Assembly: GCA_965153355.1 (NCBI GenBank)
Contig: OZ231126.1
Location: 25,544,001 to 25,608,000 of the forward strand
Length of the DNA: 64,000 bases
From: Flaccisagitta enflata
Lineage: Eukaryota
Direction: 5' to 3'
A program made the translations under genes and the position numbers. The notes under the pieces were generated by a model. It was not told the origin of the DNA. It saw nothing but the letters and a program-made list of their open reading frames with translations, and did not search any database. Below are positions 10,700-23,800 of this stretch, in pieces (position 1 is the stretch's first letter; the number at the start of each line of letters is the position of its first letter).

Positions 10700-13140
10700 G
10701 CTTCCGCTGACGACGTCATTCCATCTACGAAGTCAGTTCGCATCTTGAAGTCGCTCTGTCGAGCCAAGATGTCCTGTCAGCAGCGCCTCGAGGCAGAAGC
10801 CGACGTGTCGACGCGTACTGGATCCTTGGATCTTCATCGACTCTTCACCCGACGGCTCGACTCGAGAAGGATCTGCATCCACGACGTCGTTCGGGGCGGA
10901 GGAGGAGGCTGTCGTGTTGGCAGCCTTCAATGGCGACCTTCGCTCAGCCGTGAGACGCAAAACATGGTTAACAAGGATGATAGCGCTGGTAAACGTCAAC
11001 AGCCATCCAACCAACGCCGCTGATCCATGCCGCTCTCTCTCCATTGGTGGTCATCAAAGATGGAGGTTCGAGGCGGATCTCAATCAATCCGCCGCTGACG
11101 GATTTATCCATCACACGGCGCGCCATCATCATCGGATTTGCCCTCATCGCCTCGCCAATTCTGCCTTGATTTCGGCCGCCCAGCGCCTCGTGATCAAGCG
11201 TCTGCAGCCGCTAGTCAACGAAGCGGGGGCGAAGAGAGAGAGAGATCGGTCAATGATGGGAGCAGGGAGGAGAGGAGGAGGAGGGGATGGAGACAGAGGA
11301 GGAGGTGTTAGTGAATGGGGAGGCGGTGGAGAAAGACATTGACCCGAAGTGTGGACACTGCGACGCCGGAAGAGAAACACCAACGGATGCAGGCGCGTTG
11401 GTGGTATCGTATCATCAGTCCGGACGTCGGCATCTCTCCTCTTCAAAGAGTTTGAAAAACTTCCAGTATGCTGCAACAAACAAACTCTCATGCGCTCATC
11501 GGCTAATCAAACAGAGCTTGGCTCGGAGACTCTGGAGCGCAAAATCCAAAGCAACAAAAAAAGGAGGGAGCATGATAAGGAGGTATTCTGCCGTATTGTC
11601 CAGGCGATTTAAGAGGAAGAATGCGGTCTAAGCCTCTGGTGCAACTGCAAAGTCATCTGCAGCAATTTCCGTCGACGCTGCCGCAACTCCACCAGCGGCA
11701 TTTGTGCTCGACGCAGCCGCAGCTACATCAGCTGCAATTCACTCTACAGCATCAGGAAGTCGTCAATCGCGGCCTGGATTGGTTCATCCCCCAAATCAGC
11801 AGCAACAGGGTCCTCGTGACGTCACTCCCTCACAACAGTCGGGCAGGGATCACGCGGGAAAGACTTCCACAAACGCGCAACGTGCCGAGTCATCAAAAGG
11901 GCCAAATTCCAAAGCAAAGGCTCCCTCTTCAAGCGCCTCCAGGCGCGCCCCTGCAGCAGTAACGCCCAAAGGCCAAGGAGAAGCTTCATGCGGTTCGTCG
12001 ACGGCAACGTTGGCAGCAACCCAGAAGCTGAATCAGGCGCCTGGGGCAGCGGCAGCAAAGGGGAAGAAGACCAAGAGCGCTGGGAAGAAGCATAAAGCAG
12101 CAACCAAGGGAGGTTCTACTTATGGTGCTTCGGCGTCCGCTGTTAAACCTCAAGTCTCTGGTCAGCAGACGGGAGCGTCTTCCTCTCACTCGCCGCCCTC
12201 AAAAGCAGCGGTAGGAAGCGAACTAGTTGGCGGTGCTTCAGCATCTGTTAAAGCTGGTGTAGCGCCTCGTCAGCAAACCGAGCCTGCCCAAGGTCCGCAG
12301 CAAGTGCAGAACCCGCCTCCCCCGTCGAATCCAGCCTTTTGATCCTCGCACAGACACCATCGCGAGTCATTACAGCGAGAAGCCTCTTTACTGACCTCAA
12401 ATGCTCCATTGGGGGTGGTAAAGAATTGAAGCATCAAGGCTTCCGAAAGACTTCTTCGCGTAGCTGCCGCCGCGCCAACGAGTGGAAGCGGCTCGTCAAG
12501 TCTTAGACGAGAGGATTCGCCGAAATATCCAAAAGGAGAGAGACGATGCTCGGCCGAGGCAGCAATGGCTGCGGACAATGAGGTGGTCAAAGGCAATAAG
12601 TTTGTGTCGTGGAACTGGAGAAGCAGCTTGAAAAGGAGAAGCAGGCCTGTGCGATGAAGGCTAAGAAGAAAGAGGAAGCGGTGGAACGCGGAGCTGCGGC
12701 TATGGCCGTCGACTCCAAAACAGCGTCTGCTGTGCGCCCTAACTCTCGACTGGCGCCGAATTGTGATGCAGCATCTCCACCTCCTGCGTCTTCTCCAGCA
12801 GAAAAAGCCGGTCAGCAGATCCTGCCGAAAAGACGCTCCCAAGCCTGGGAATAAGAAAAATCGAACCAGGCCTTGGGAAAATCAGACCGCCAGCTAAACG
12901 CTGATTGGTGCCACGCCCAGTTGCTGTTCAATTTAACTACCAATTTGCAACATGGCGCGGAGAGCGCCGCCATTCGCTGAGGATCGTATTCCACCATCAC
13001 ATCCTCATCCCATCGATGGACAGGCCGGCCAAGTCAGGGGCGCTACCCGGGGCGTGGGAATGACGCCCGCCCGGGCCCAAGCAAAACGCCCGCGTGTTAC
13101 TGCGGGTTTGGGGCGGGTTGAGGTTGAGTTTTTGTGGTAA
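10700..13140 (+). pseudogene. Additional ORF region (ORF3) of unknown function inside the BEL/Pao element
   Basis: GC-rich, codon-like chain of overlapping + ORFs (10914-11342, 11287-11631, 11704-12342, 12609-12854) between AT-rich spacers; no recognisable env signal peptide or transmembrane segment. Confidence 0.55.
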
Positions 13141-13803
13141 ATTTGAATCTGTGTACGATAAGAACTTTACTAATCAATCTGCCCTATTTCTTCTTCTTCC
13201 TTCCCTTCGGGAGTGATTCACTCACGGCTGCACCACCTGCGCCTTTCGATGCGGTCGCCGCTGGACGACATCATTCATCGCCGCCCACGAGCTGACAGGT
13301 GTTGGAGCCGGAATGACCCGCTCGTCTCTGTAACGGAGAAGGCGCAGGTGATGTGGTCGTTCCATGATGCTTACTAATTTTTCTTTATTTAACAGATTCG
13401 CTTTTATTATATAGTTAGTAATTTATTTAATTTTGTCTTGTTTTGTTTGGTTCTTGGGAAGTGTACATTTTTTGGTTGTGTTTGTTTTTAGACATGGTCT
13501 TTTTAGTCATGGCGCGAATACTTTCGTATGACATGTTTAGTAGTATGCCCCTACTCATTATTTTCCACTCCTCAAGTCAAATCCCAGGCTTGGAGTGCTC
13601 CAAGGCCCGTTCCCCCTTTCCCCCCCCCTTTCCCCTCAACTTTTTCAGAACGGGTGCCTCAACCTCCTCGTCGCCGCCTCGTTTCCATCCGCGCCATCGT
13701 GATCGTTGAAAATTTGCTGGTGGTGGATCCTTTCCGGACGGGAATCATCATTCGTGCAGTCGCGATCTGTTGATAGTTAGGTGGGATGTAAGAGGCGGTG
13801 GAC

Positions 13804-13824
13804 GGGGGGGGGGAGGGGCGGGGC
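13804..13824 (+). other. Polypurine-tract-like G run
   Basis: GGGGGGGGGGAGGGGCGGGGC immediately followed by TGTATC at 13825. Confidence 0.55.
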
Positions 13825-13942
13825 TGTATCTATGTAAATTTTTTTTTAAGGAAGGTAGTATCGGTTTTTTAGTAGGGTTTCCCCGACTGGAAACTAGATG
13901 TCGGATTTTTGAAATTCGTGAAATTCCAAAAATGTGCAGAAA

Positions 13943-14853
13943 TGTTAGAAATGTAAGGTCCGTCCGGCTGCATGTGTGCTTTTGGTGTCTCTTTTGCGTG
14001 CTTTGGCTTTTTCTCTTTCTCTACTATTCAATGCCTGCGTCTTTTGTTTCTTGCCATTTTTTATATTGAACGCTAGATGGTAACCAACAACTATATGGTT
14101 GCGCCTCTTGATTTTGTGCCATTTGTTTTTACTACGTAGGCAAATATACGTAACTCGCCCTTCGTATCATCCAATTTTTGGATTGATTGATTTTATTTAT
14201 TTACGGCATTGCTTCCTAAAGTGATTGATTGATTTTTCGTGATCGATTGAATGCGCCTTGGAATTCACTAATTTCCAATCTCTCATCTTTTTTATTGCAG
14301 ATAAACTGAACGGACAACTAACGTTAGTTTGACGACAGACTGTGGGTTGAAACCAACGAAAGTGGGCCTAAAAGTAAGTTTTATAGACGCGTCATTGCTT
14401 TTATTAACGTTGTTTTTATCTTGTTTCCGGTCTGTTATTTTTGTCTTTTTACCCTTTGCATTTTTATTGCCGGATTTTAGCATGGTTTTTACCGCTTGCC
14501 CGATCAGCTTGCTATAGGGATGATATGGATGAATCTAATGGGATGGGCCGGGGCAGGGGCAGGTATTATCAGGTGGCATGGGCTCTGAAGAAGATGAACA
14601 TGTTGTCATGTGCTGTTTCTGTCCTTTATTGTGTCCTATCTCGATTTCATGTTATCTTTTGCGTTTGCTGATCACAATTAACGCCCACTTTCCCTTTCAT
14701 TTTTCCCCCTCTCTTCAGTTGTTGAAATTTTTATGGAATAAACGAGACGATCGCCTTCCTATTTTCCAATCGGCCAACTTTCTTTCACCACAAGTCGTCA
14801 GTCAGATAGACGCTCATAGACAGTGCCAGTTGAAACTCGTGGGCGTAATTATA
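13943..14853 (+). repeat. 3' LTR of BEL/Pao element (may extend upstream to 13825)
   Basis: Highly similar to 1584-2494 with scattered small indels and substitutions; a G-rich tract followed by TGT lies 118 bp further upstream. Confidence 0.88.
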
Positions 14854-14888
14854 ATTATCATCATCCATCATCCATCATCCACCATCCA

Positions 14889-15727
<839 letters not shown>

Positions 15728-16126
15728 CTACAATCCTCTTCCTCCTCTTCCTCTTCCTTACATTTCCTCCTGATTTACAGTTTTGATTGACAGTATCCCC
15801 TCGGGTGGAGGAAGCAGTCAACAAGGCGACGCTCCCTCGTCCCATGACGGATTGGATCAGCACTCGGAGGGAGCAGCAACAGCAACAACAGCAGCAGTAA
15901 CTGCTTCAACAGCAGTATTGATCGACAGACGGACTAGCTGACCTGGTCCAATCTTTACTCGGTCGACTCGGGTTCCTCAACTCAGCGTTCTCTTCGGTCT
16001 TCATCCATCGGTCATTCAACTGTCAAAGTGGACGTGGAACTCCCTTAGCTTTGCCTCAGGGCTTGGAACTCTCCTGGCCTCGCCTCAGGACGATACACGC
16101 GCAATAATGGTCGTTTCGTCTCCAGG

Positions 16127-16315
16127 TTTTTAGTCGCGGACAAGCGACTCTATAAGAGGCTTTGTCCGTCCGTCGGTTGGTTGGTCCGTCGGTTGGTTGG
16201 TCCGTTGGTCGGTCCGTCACGCTCGAGTTGAAAACGATCGCAAAGTGTGAAAACGCGCATTCTCGCCCCTGCCCACCCGTCCGCGACTGGTTTTGGCCGT
16301 GTATCCGGCCTTGTT
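16127..16315 (+). mobile_element. Helentron-associated non-autonomous element (HINE/DINE-1-like), family A
   Basis: T-run, subTIR AGTCGCGGAC with adjacent short inverted repeat GCGACT, (GTCC/GTTG)n microsatellite, 3' subTIR GTCCGCGACT, terminal hairpin GGCCG-TGTATC-CGGCC, then TTGTT. Confidence 0.75.
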
Positions 16316-16369
16316 TGTTTTGTGTACACATTGTTCCCAATCATTCGATCGTTCCTTCACTCATTCTCT

Positions 16370-17280
16370 CATTCATTCATTCGTTCATTCAGTCTCACAC
16401 TCATTCATTTATTTATTCATCATTCAGTCATTCATTCATTCTTTCATTCATTCATTCATTCATTCATTCATTCATTAATACATTCATACATTCATTCATT
16501 CATTCATTCCTTCATTCATTCATTCATTCATTCATACTATCATTCATTCATTCATTTATTCATTCATTCATTCATTCATTCATTCATTCATTCATTCATT
16601 CATTCACAGGCCTGATTTTAGTGATTATTTTGAGTGAGCCAGCCGGGCTCGCTCTTCACAATTTGACAGAGCCCGACAGGAAAACCATGAGCCCGGTAAA
16701 AAATGTTCTGCTAATATTTTAGATCATATCAGCCTAGATTTGTGATGATAGTTTCTGATATGATGACATAATGATATATTTATCTCCTAAGAGATGGTTC
16801 AGTAGGTGAAACAATCGAACAGCGCAAAACCTGATAATTCTTGAAATATTTTACTCAACCAGCTTGAGCGCTCTAAATCCTTGTCAAAAAGAGAGAGAGA
16901 GCCTGCCGGGCTCAGAGTTCTCAAAACATGAGAGCCCGAGAGCAAAACAGAGAGCAGCGGGCTCGCGGGCTCGCTCTGAAATCAGGCCTGTTCATTCATT
17001 CATTCCTTATCTCATTCATTCCTTCATCCATTCATTCATTCATTCGTTCATTCCTTCATTCATTCCTTCATTCATTCATTCATTCATTCATTCATTCATT
17101 CATTCATTCATTCATTCATTCATCATTCATTCATTCATTCATTCATCATTCATCATTCATCATTCATTCATTCATTCATTCGTCCATTCATTCATTCATT
17201 CATTCATTCATTCATTCATTCATTCATTCATTCATTCATTCATTCATTCATACATTCATTCATTCATTCATTCATTTATT
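16370..17280. repeat. (ATTC)n microsatellite split by a MITE
   Basis: Long TTCA arrays at about 16370-16606 and 16991-17280. Confidence 0.95.
16607..16990. mobile_element. hAT-type MITE, copy 1
   Basis: TIRs CAGGCCTGATTT/AAATCAGGCCTG; 8-bp TSD TTCATTCA; second copy at 41417-41824. Confidence 0.85.
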
Positions 17281-17622
17281 CACTTCTGCTTTCGTTTGCT
17301 TCTTTCTTTCCTCCATTAAACATTCATTCATCTGTTCAAAGGTTTTCATATAATTAAGCATTCAATATTTCCATTATTCTTTTCAACTTCTACGTTATTT
17401 TAAAAAGAAAATGATTCACTAGAGTCAAACATCGATCCTGTACAGTGTAAAACCTTCATCTTTTGATGATTGATCGATCGATTCATCGGCTATCGTCAAT
17501 TCAGCATTCATCATCACTTCATCCTAATTTCGTCTCAACCCTAAAAAGTATCTTCCTGAGTTTGAAATCGCGCCAAGTTGGTGGAAATGTAGGGTAAAGG
17601 TGAGTCGTCCTGTCTGCCTTAA

Positions 17623-17733
<111 letters not shown>

Positions 17734-17969
17734 TTATTTGGAAGTGGCTAGACGAAATGGATACATTGTGTCTTGAAATCAGATATCCTCAGACTGACAA
17801 TGAGACAGACAAACATGACAAGAGAGGCTCGTCAAGTTGAAGTACCAGACGTGAACTGTTCACCCTCCAGCCGTCTGAACGTCCAGTGATAAGTAAGACG
17901 TCTAGTGAAGACTGAAGACTGAACAATTAACCCTGTCTTTCAAAATGCAATGACAGGATCGACTCCAAG

Positions 17970-18189
17970 TTTTTAGTCGCGTGCTACGCGACTCTACAAC
18001 CCGCTTTGTCGGTCGGTCCGTCGGTCCGTCGGTCCGTCCGTCGGTCCGTCGGTCTGTCCGTCACGCTTTACTTTTTTCGGGGTTTTGCGGTTTTTGGCTT
18101 CACTGATCCTGCCCAAATGATCTGGTGACCTAAATTCCAGCCCCTGCCCACCCGCACGCGACTGGGGTAGCCGTGTATCCGGCCTTGTT
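17970..18189 (+). mobile_element. HINE/DINE-1-like element, family A
   Basis: TTTTT-AGTCGCGTG-CTA-CGCGACT ... (GGTC/GTCC)n ... CACGCGACT ... GCCGTGTATCCGGC-CTTGTT. Further full or partial copies near 23333, 23850, 25836, 26645, 27180, 27780, 35053, 48965, 55925 and 56625. Confidence 0.78.
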
Positions 18190-18996
18190 CTGATAAAAGA
18201 ACGCATATCTGTCGGTGACTTATTCAGCTAGTTTTTGGTCAGTCCGTCAGTCGGACCATCACAGAGTTGTTTTTTTACTACTGTAATGTTTGGTTGTTTC
18301 GCCTCCATTATCGCCGCTGTTGCGTAACTACACACGACATTAGGATCGTTCCAGTTTTATATATGGTCTCTAGCTAGGTATAGTGATGGATGGACGGATG
18401 GACGAACTTGCCTCCAAAAAAACCTTATACGGCACGGTTTTCATGATAGTAGGCGCAGCAAACACAGCAGCACCACAAATGGTCGGAAAAGCAAGCCCGT
18501 TAATACTTTCTATCTAGGCACTGACTTGCCCTTCATTTAAAGATCATTTGTTTTTTGTGATGATTCAACACGCTATGTGTTCGCTATCCGCATATGTTAC
18601 ATTTGAACACTGTCAACACATAAAATTTGTATTAGAGAAAAACTCACCAATTCTTGGCAACGACATTAAAAAAGAAAAGGTAACCAACATCAAGGTTCCA
18701 ATCTTATCAATAAAACCAAATCAAGATTCTCTAGGAAATAAAAGCATGAAATCCACACGAAAAAAATCTCCATATAAGAAAAGTCTACCTTTACTGGTAC
18801 AAGATTAAGATTCCCTAGCCTTAAGAATAGTACAAATTGATGCTAGAACATTTTCCTTATTCCTGTTACAAAATACAAACTAGAAAAGAAAAAGATACAA
18901 TCGGGAAAATGGGGCTGGTATAGGCTAGATATTGACGACAGAAAAAGCCAGATGCAGTTACATTCAATGTGGAAATTCAATGAATAAAAAAAAAAT

Positions 18997-20157
18997 TCAT
19001 GACTTTGAAGCCTTTAACTTCTTTCCGTGACTTTTTTCATGTTTTGACAGCAAAAATTCAGTGTTAAAACTTTGCGAGCAAAAGTAACAAGGAAAATCTT
19101 TTTCCAAATGCGTCTTCTCGTGCATTTTTCGGTTACCTGAATTGCTAAAAGAGAAGTTACATATTCTACACGCAAAAGGCCGTTCTTTCACATGACTCTT
19201 TTCGTGTTCATCCCTTTCACTTTTTCCGATGAAATCAGCTGCGCAAAAGTAACAATGAAAATCTGCCATATCGGATTTGGATCGGTGTGTCTTGGCGTGG
19301 CTTCTGAGGTTGCTGTTAGTCGTATACCTTTTATCACAAACTTGGCAGTGGAATGGTTTTTCACCAGTGTGAGTTCTCTCGTGACAAATCAAGATCCAAT
19401 TTACTCGGAATTTCTTATCGCAATGAGAACATTGGTAAGGTAATTCTCCAGTATGAATCATTTGATGCTTTTGCAATACTTCAAGGCGAGTGAAAGTCGA
19501 TGAGCACTCATCACACTTGAATGGCTTTTCCCCAGTGTGGCTCCTCAGATGCTTATCTAGGGCATTTTGTTGCGTAAATTTGGAATGACAATGCGGACAT
19601 TCAAATGGTTTTTCGCCAGTATGCGTCAGAATGTGATTTTTTAGCGTGATGGGTTGTTTGAAACGGGATTTACAATGCTGACACTCGAATGGTCGTTCTT
19701 GCGTGTGCACTCTCTCATGCAAGATTAGTTCTTTGCGAGTCATAAAACGTGATGGACAATGACTGCAAGGATGTGGCTTGTTTCCTACATGCTTTTGTTC
19801 GTGTCTGGCCCTATCGCTAGAACTGCGAAATCGTTTTTCGCAATACTCACATTTGTGAGTCTTCACTTTATCCTGGTGCCTTTTGACATGGGCACGTAAA
19901 TACTCTGGGGCTTTGAATGACGCTTGGCATAAGTTACATTCGTATTGGCTTTCACGTGTCGATTCGTGTATTCTGGAGTAGTGTCGTTTCATTTCATACT
20001 CAGTGACGAAGGCGGCTTCACACTTGGAACATTTAAAGAGTTTATCGCCCGAGTGTCTCTTTAAGTGTTCATCCAAGCAAAAGGATGATAATGTTGAATA
20101 GTCGCAAAGGTGGCATTTATATGTAGTGTTTTGGTTTTTCTTTGACAACGGAGCCAT
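18997..20157 (-). CDS. Poly-C2H2 (Kruppel-type) zinc-finger protein, 13 fingers, 386 aa
   Basis: Uninterrupted ORF with 13 CxxC-x12-HxxxH repeats and TGEKPF linkers; in-frame TAA 15 nt upstream of the ATG. An upstream exon cannot be excluded. Confidence 0.93.
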   Translation of the reverse strand: MAPLSKKNQNTTYKCHLCDYSTLSSFCLDEHLKRHSGDKLFKCSKCEAAFVTEYEMKRHYSRIHESTRESQYECNLCQASFKAPEYLRAHVKRHQDKVKTHKCEYCEKRFRSSSDRARHEQKHVGNKPHPCSHCPSRFMTRKELILHERVHTQERPFECQHCKSRFKQPITLKNHILTHTGEKPFECPHCHSKFTQQNALDKHLRSHTGEKPFKCDECSSTFTRLEVLQKHQMIHTGELPYQCSHCDKKFRVNWILICHERTHTGEKPFHCQVCDKRYTTNSNLRSHAKTHRSKSDMADFHCYFCAADFIGKSERDEHEKSHVKERPFACRICNFSFSNSGNRKMHEKTHLEKDFPCYFCSQSFNTEFLLSKHEKSHGKKLKASKS

Positions 20158-20442
20158 ATCGTTCGTTGATTATGACTTGCAAGGGAAAGGAAGAAATTTT
20201 TCATAAGTTCAATGATGATATGTGTGAAAATTCTTGTAAATTAACATTTATATTTTACCGACACCATGATGAAAAGGCCGTTTATGATCAGCAGATCACT
20301 GATATTCTTGGTAAAGACAGGAATTCCATTGACAAAAGACGTTTTCAATAATCCCACATTTCGCATCAATCTCAGCTGTGGACATTCGACCAGGGATAAC
20401 ACCATGGTCGTATCACCACTTCGGCGAGACAAAGAGAGAGAA

Positions 20443-20830
<388 letters not shown>

Positions 20831-23800
20831 TGAGAGATACCAGAGAGTACCAGAGAGTACCAGCGGGCCAACAGTGATAATCATGTCCACACCCTTTAAC
20901 ATTGGAGATATTCCGTGGCGTTCTACTATAGCGTATTAAACCGCCAAAAATCGTTTCAAAAATGCAAAAAAATGGATTATTGTGACAAGAATTATGAATT
21001 TTTGTCACAAAAATGCTGGAAAAGGCTGTTTTGAAACGAGCGTTCTTATGCAGTTTCAAAACGATCTTATATTGTCGTTTCAAAACCACAAGTATGCGCA
21101 ACTTTTGAAACGAATATTGCGGCATAGTTGACGTATCAAAACTTTGCATTTCTAAAGTTTTAAAACCATGAGATTTTTGTGTTTCAAAACGCTTGAAAAC
21201 AGCGCTAAAGTAACGGCCAGCAAGGGAAAAAATCTATTCATCTTTGTAATCTTATCACCTTTTTTACCATTTTGAAAACTCAAAAAATTGAAGTATTGAA
21301 ACTGAGAAGAAGTGTGTTTAAAAATTGAAATATGGTTATATGCTAGCTGACTTTACCCAAACTGAAAAGAATGGAAGAGGGCCCCGTTAGCCCTCACTGA
21401 CTGGCTAAAACACACGCCACTCTTGGTTTTCCATAACACTGAAACTAAAAGACATCCTTTTAGGCAGCAGCTCCGACCTATGCTTTCACACATGGGGAGT
21501 TTTCTCCTCCTCTTTCTTCTTCTCCTTTGTATCCCCCTTCCCCCCAACCTCCAGGCCCATATCTCAGCCTCAAGGCCCATATCCTAGCGTCGAGGCTTAT
21601 TTCCCAGCCACGAGGCGCAAATCCCAGACTTGAGGCCCAAATTCCAACCTCAAGGCCCAAATCCCTTTAGGCTTACTTTTTACAGTTTTGAAACTGCAAA
21701 AAATTGAAGTTTTGAAACTACAAAAAAATGAAGTTTTGAAACTGCAAAAAATTGAAGCTCTGAAACTGCAAGAAATTGAAGCTAAGAAACGGCTATTCCA
21801 TATTTCATAATCTATTGCTACTTTTTTCCAGTTCCAAAACGGTAAAAACTAGCTTGCTTGAGGTGAGAAAAAAATGATACTTCAGACATGTTCTCAAAAG
21901 CCCTTTTTATGCAGTTTTGATACACCCAAAAAAAGCCGTTTTAAAACGGCAAGTATGCCTGCGTTTTGAAACCCCAGATTACTGCCACTAAAGGACATTG
22001 TTGTATGCATAAATGGTTTTTTGGTCGTTCTGAAACTGTTGCATACTAGAAGTTTTGAGACGTCGTTCCCCATTTTGAGACAAAAACGCAATAAGAACGC
22101 CGACGAAATACCTGAACATTGACGTTAAGCTTAAGTAGAGTGATTTATCTCACTATGGAATGATTAAGTAGGTAATAGATTATAATGTTCAAAAAAATTA
22201 CCAAACCACCTTTATTAGATGCATTACTATGCATTACTATGCATTTCTATAAATCAAAGAAAAACTTATGTCACAAAGTGTGTTACCTATCATGGCTAGC
22301 CCACCGTTTCCTGATAATGACGAGAGAACATCCGTCTGCAATATCTTTTGGACGTTATCTTAAGCATCAAATGATCAATAAATGTATGTATGAAGTGTGC
22401 AACAAAAAGCAAAAGTGTTTATCTGAAGAAAATCTTGTTGAATTTTTTCTTAACTACAGTGGGGTTCGTGGAATAACAGCCTAAACTGGAGGAAGGTATT
22501 TAAGTGTCTTAATATCATTTGACAAACTTGATTTATGAAATATAAGTTGTTCACTTGATGCTTTTATCCCAGCGATGACAACGCGATGCGTTTTAGACCG
22601 ATTACGAGTCCGCGTACGTTACTGCAGGAGCAAGTACAATTACGCTTACGATTCCACTAGATACCCCCGACACACTAACAAAGTATGCATATACGGAGCT
22701 TTAAAGCAACCTCACTGTCTCTAGAAGGCACAGAAAGAAAGAATTGCCCACATTTGTCATGCCAAATATTGCTACTCTGGGGTTAAAGTTGATACCTTCG
22801 AGCCCGATCTGAGCTTAGTTTTTCTATGGGGCCCAAACTTTGGACAAATTCAGGTATACATCATATACTAAAAAGGAATGGATATAACTGCAGACAATGC
22901 AATCAAGCTAACTTAAACTGATACATTGAACTTAAAAATGTAAGAATTATTCTATGATACACTTTTAAACCCTCCAGTTTAGCTAAATCAAATGATACCG
23001 CAATATGCAAATGAGCTTTTTGAACGATGAAGGAACCTTGGGAAATGTACCAGCACGTCTTGTATACAAAAGACTTTTTAGATACGTTCATCCGGAATGC
23101 TGCTCTTTGAGAGGCTCAGTTTGTCCATCATGCATGTCTGTCTGTACATCCGTCTGTCCATCCATCGGTCTGTCCATCCATCCGTCTGTCTATCCATCGG
23201 TATGTCTATCCATCCATCTGCAGCGAGAACCGTGTTTTCGGCCGTTTTTGGCCATGTTACAATCCTACCCTGAACCAAATGATAAACAAACATGTTTTAA
23301 GAGCCTCCTTTGCAACTTAATGAGTGTCATTTTTTTAAGTTGCGGACACGCAACTCTGTAGGAAGCTTTTTTTGTCCGTCCATCGGTCCATCTGCCGGTC
23401 CGTCATTCTATCCATTGATCCATAACTCATGAGTTGAAAAGTGGTAAAATGTGTGTTTTAAATGCTTTTTTGGGTATGGGTGTTGGTTGGGGGTACGGGG
23501 TATGGATGGGAGCTTGATACCGCTGCCCACCCGTTGGCAACAATATTGTGACCCCAAATCATTTATTCCGTATATGTCACAGGTTTAGCGCCACATTCAA
23601 TACACGTGGAGACATAGTCTGGAGACATTGTTGCCCAATGAGGGAAAGACGAATATATCATAAAAATCTTTGCCTTAAGCAAACTACAGTAATACATATT
23701 TTGTTTCACAACATGAGACTCATTGTTAATGATTCGATCATCTATACTTTCTGCTCAGTGATGATCTATGCATGGCATCATTTTGACAAATTGTGGACAT

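Larger units (their letters stand above)
1584..14853 (+). mobile_element. BEL/Pao LTR retrotransposon, full length, coding region frameshifted
   Basis: Two ~911-bp direct repeats (1584-2494, 13943-14853). Domain order Gag zinc knuckles-PR-RT-RH-IN with Pao-type motifs (WRWVDSTNNPADHCSRG, PHYGGVWER, EVEGILNRRPLT, LTPNHIL, FWKSWRVEYL). ATTAT at 1579-1583 and 14854-14858 is a candidate 5-bp TSD, but lies within a CAT/TAT microsatellite. Confidence 0.95.

Noticed and set aside
22791-22812. CCTTCGAGCCCGAT resembling a tRNA-Tyr PBS
   Set aside because: Lacks the TGG start and has no adjacent LTR.
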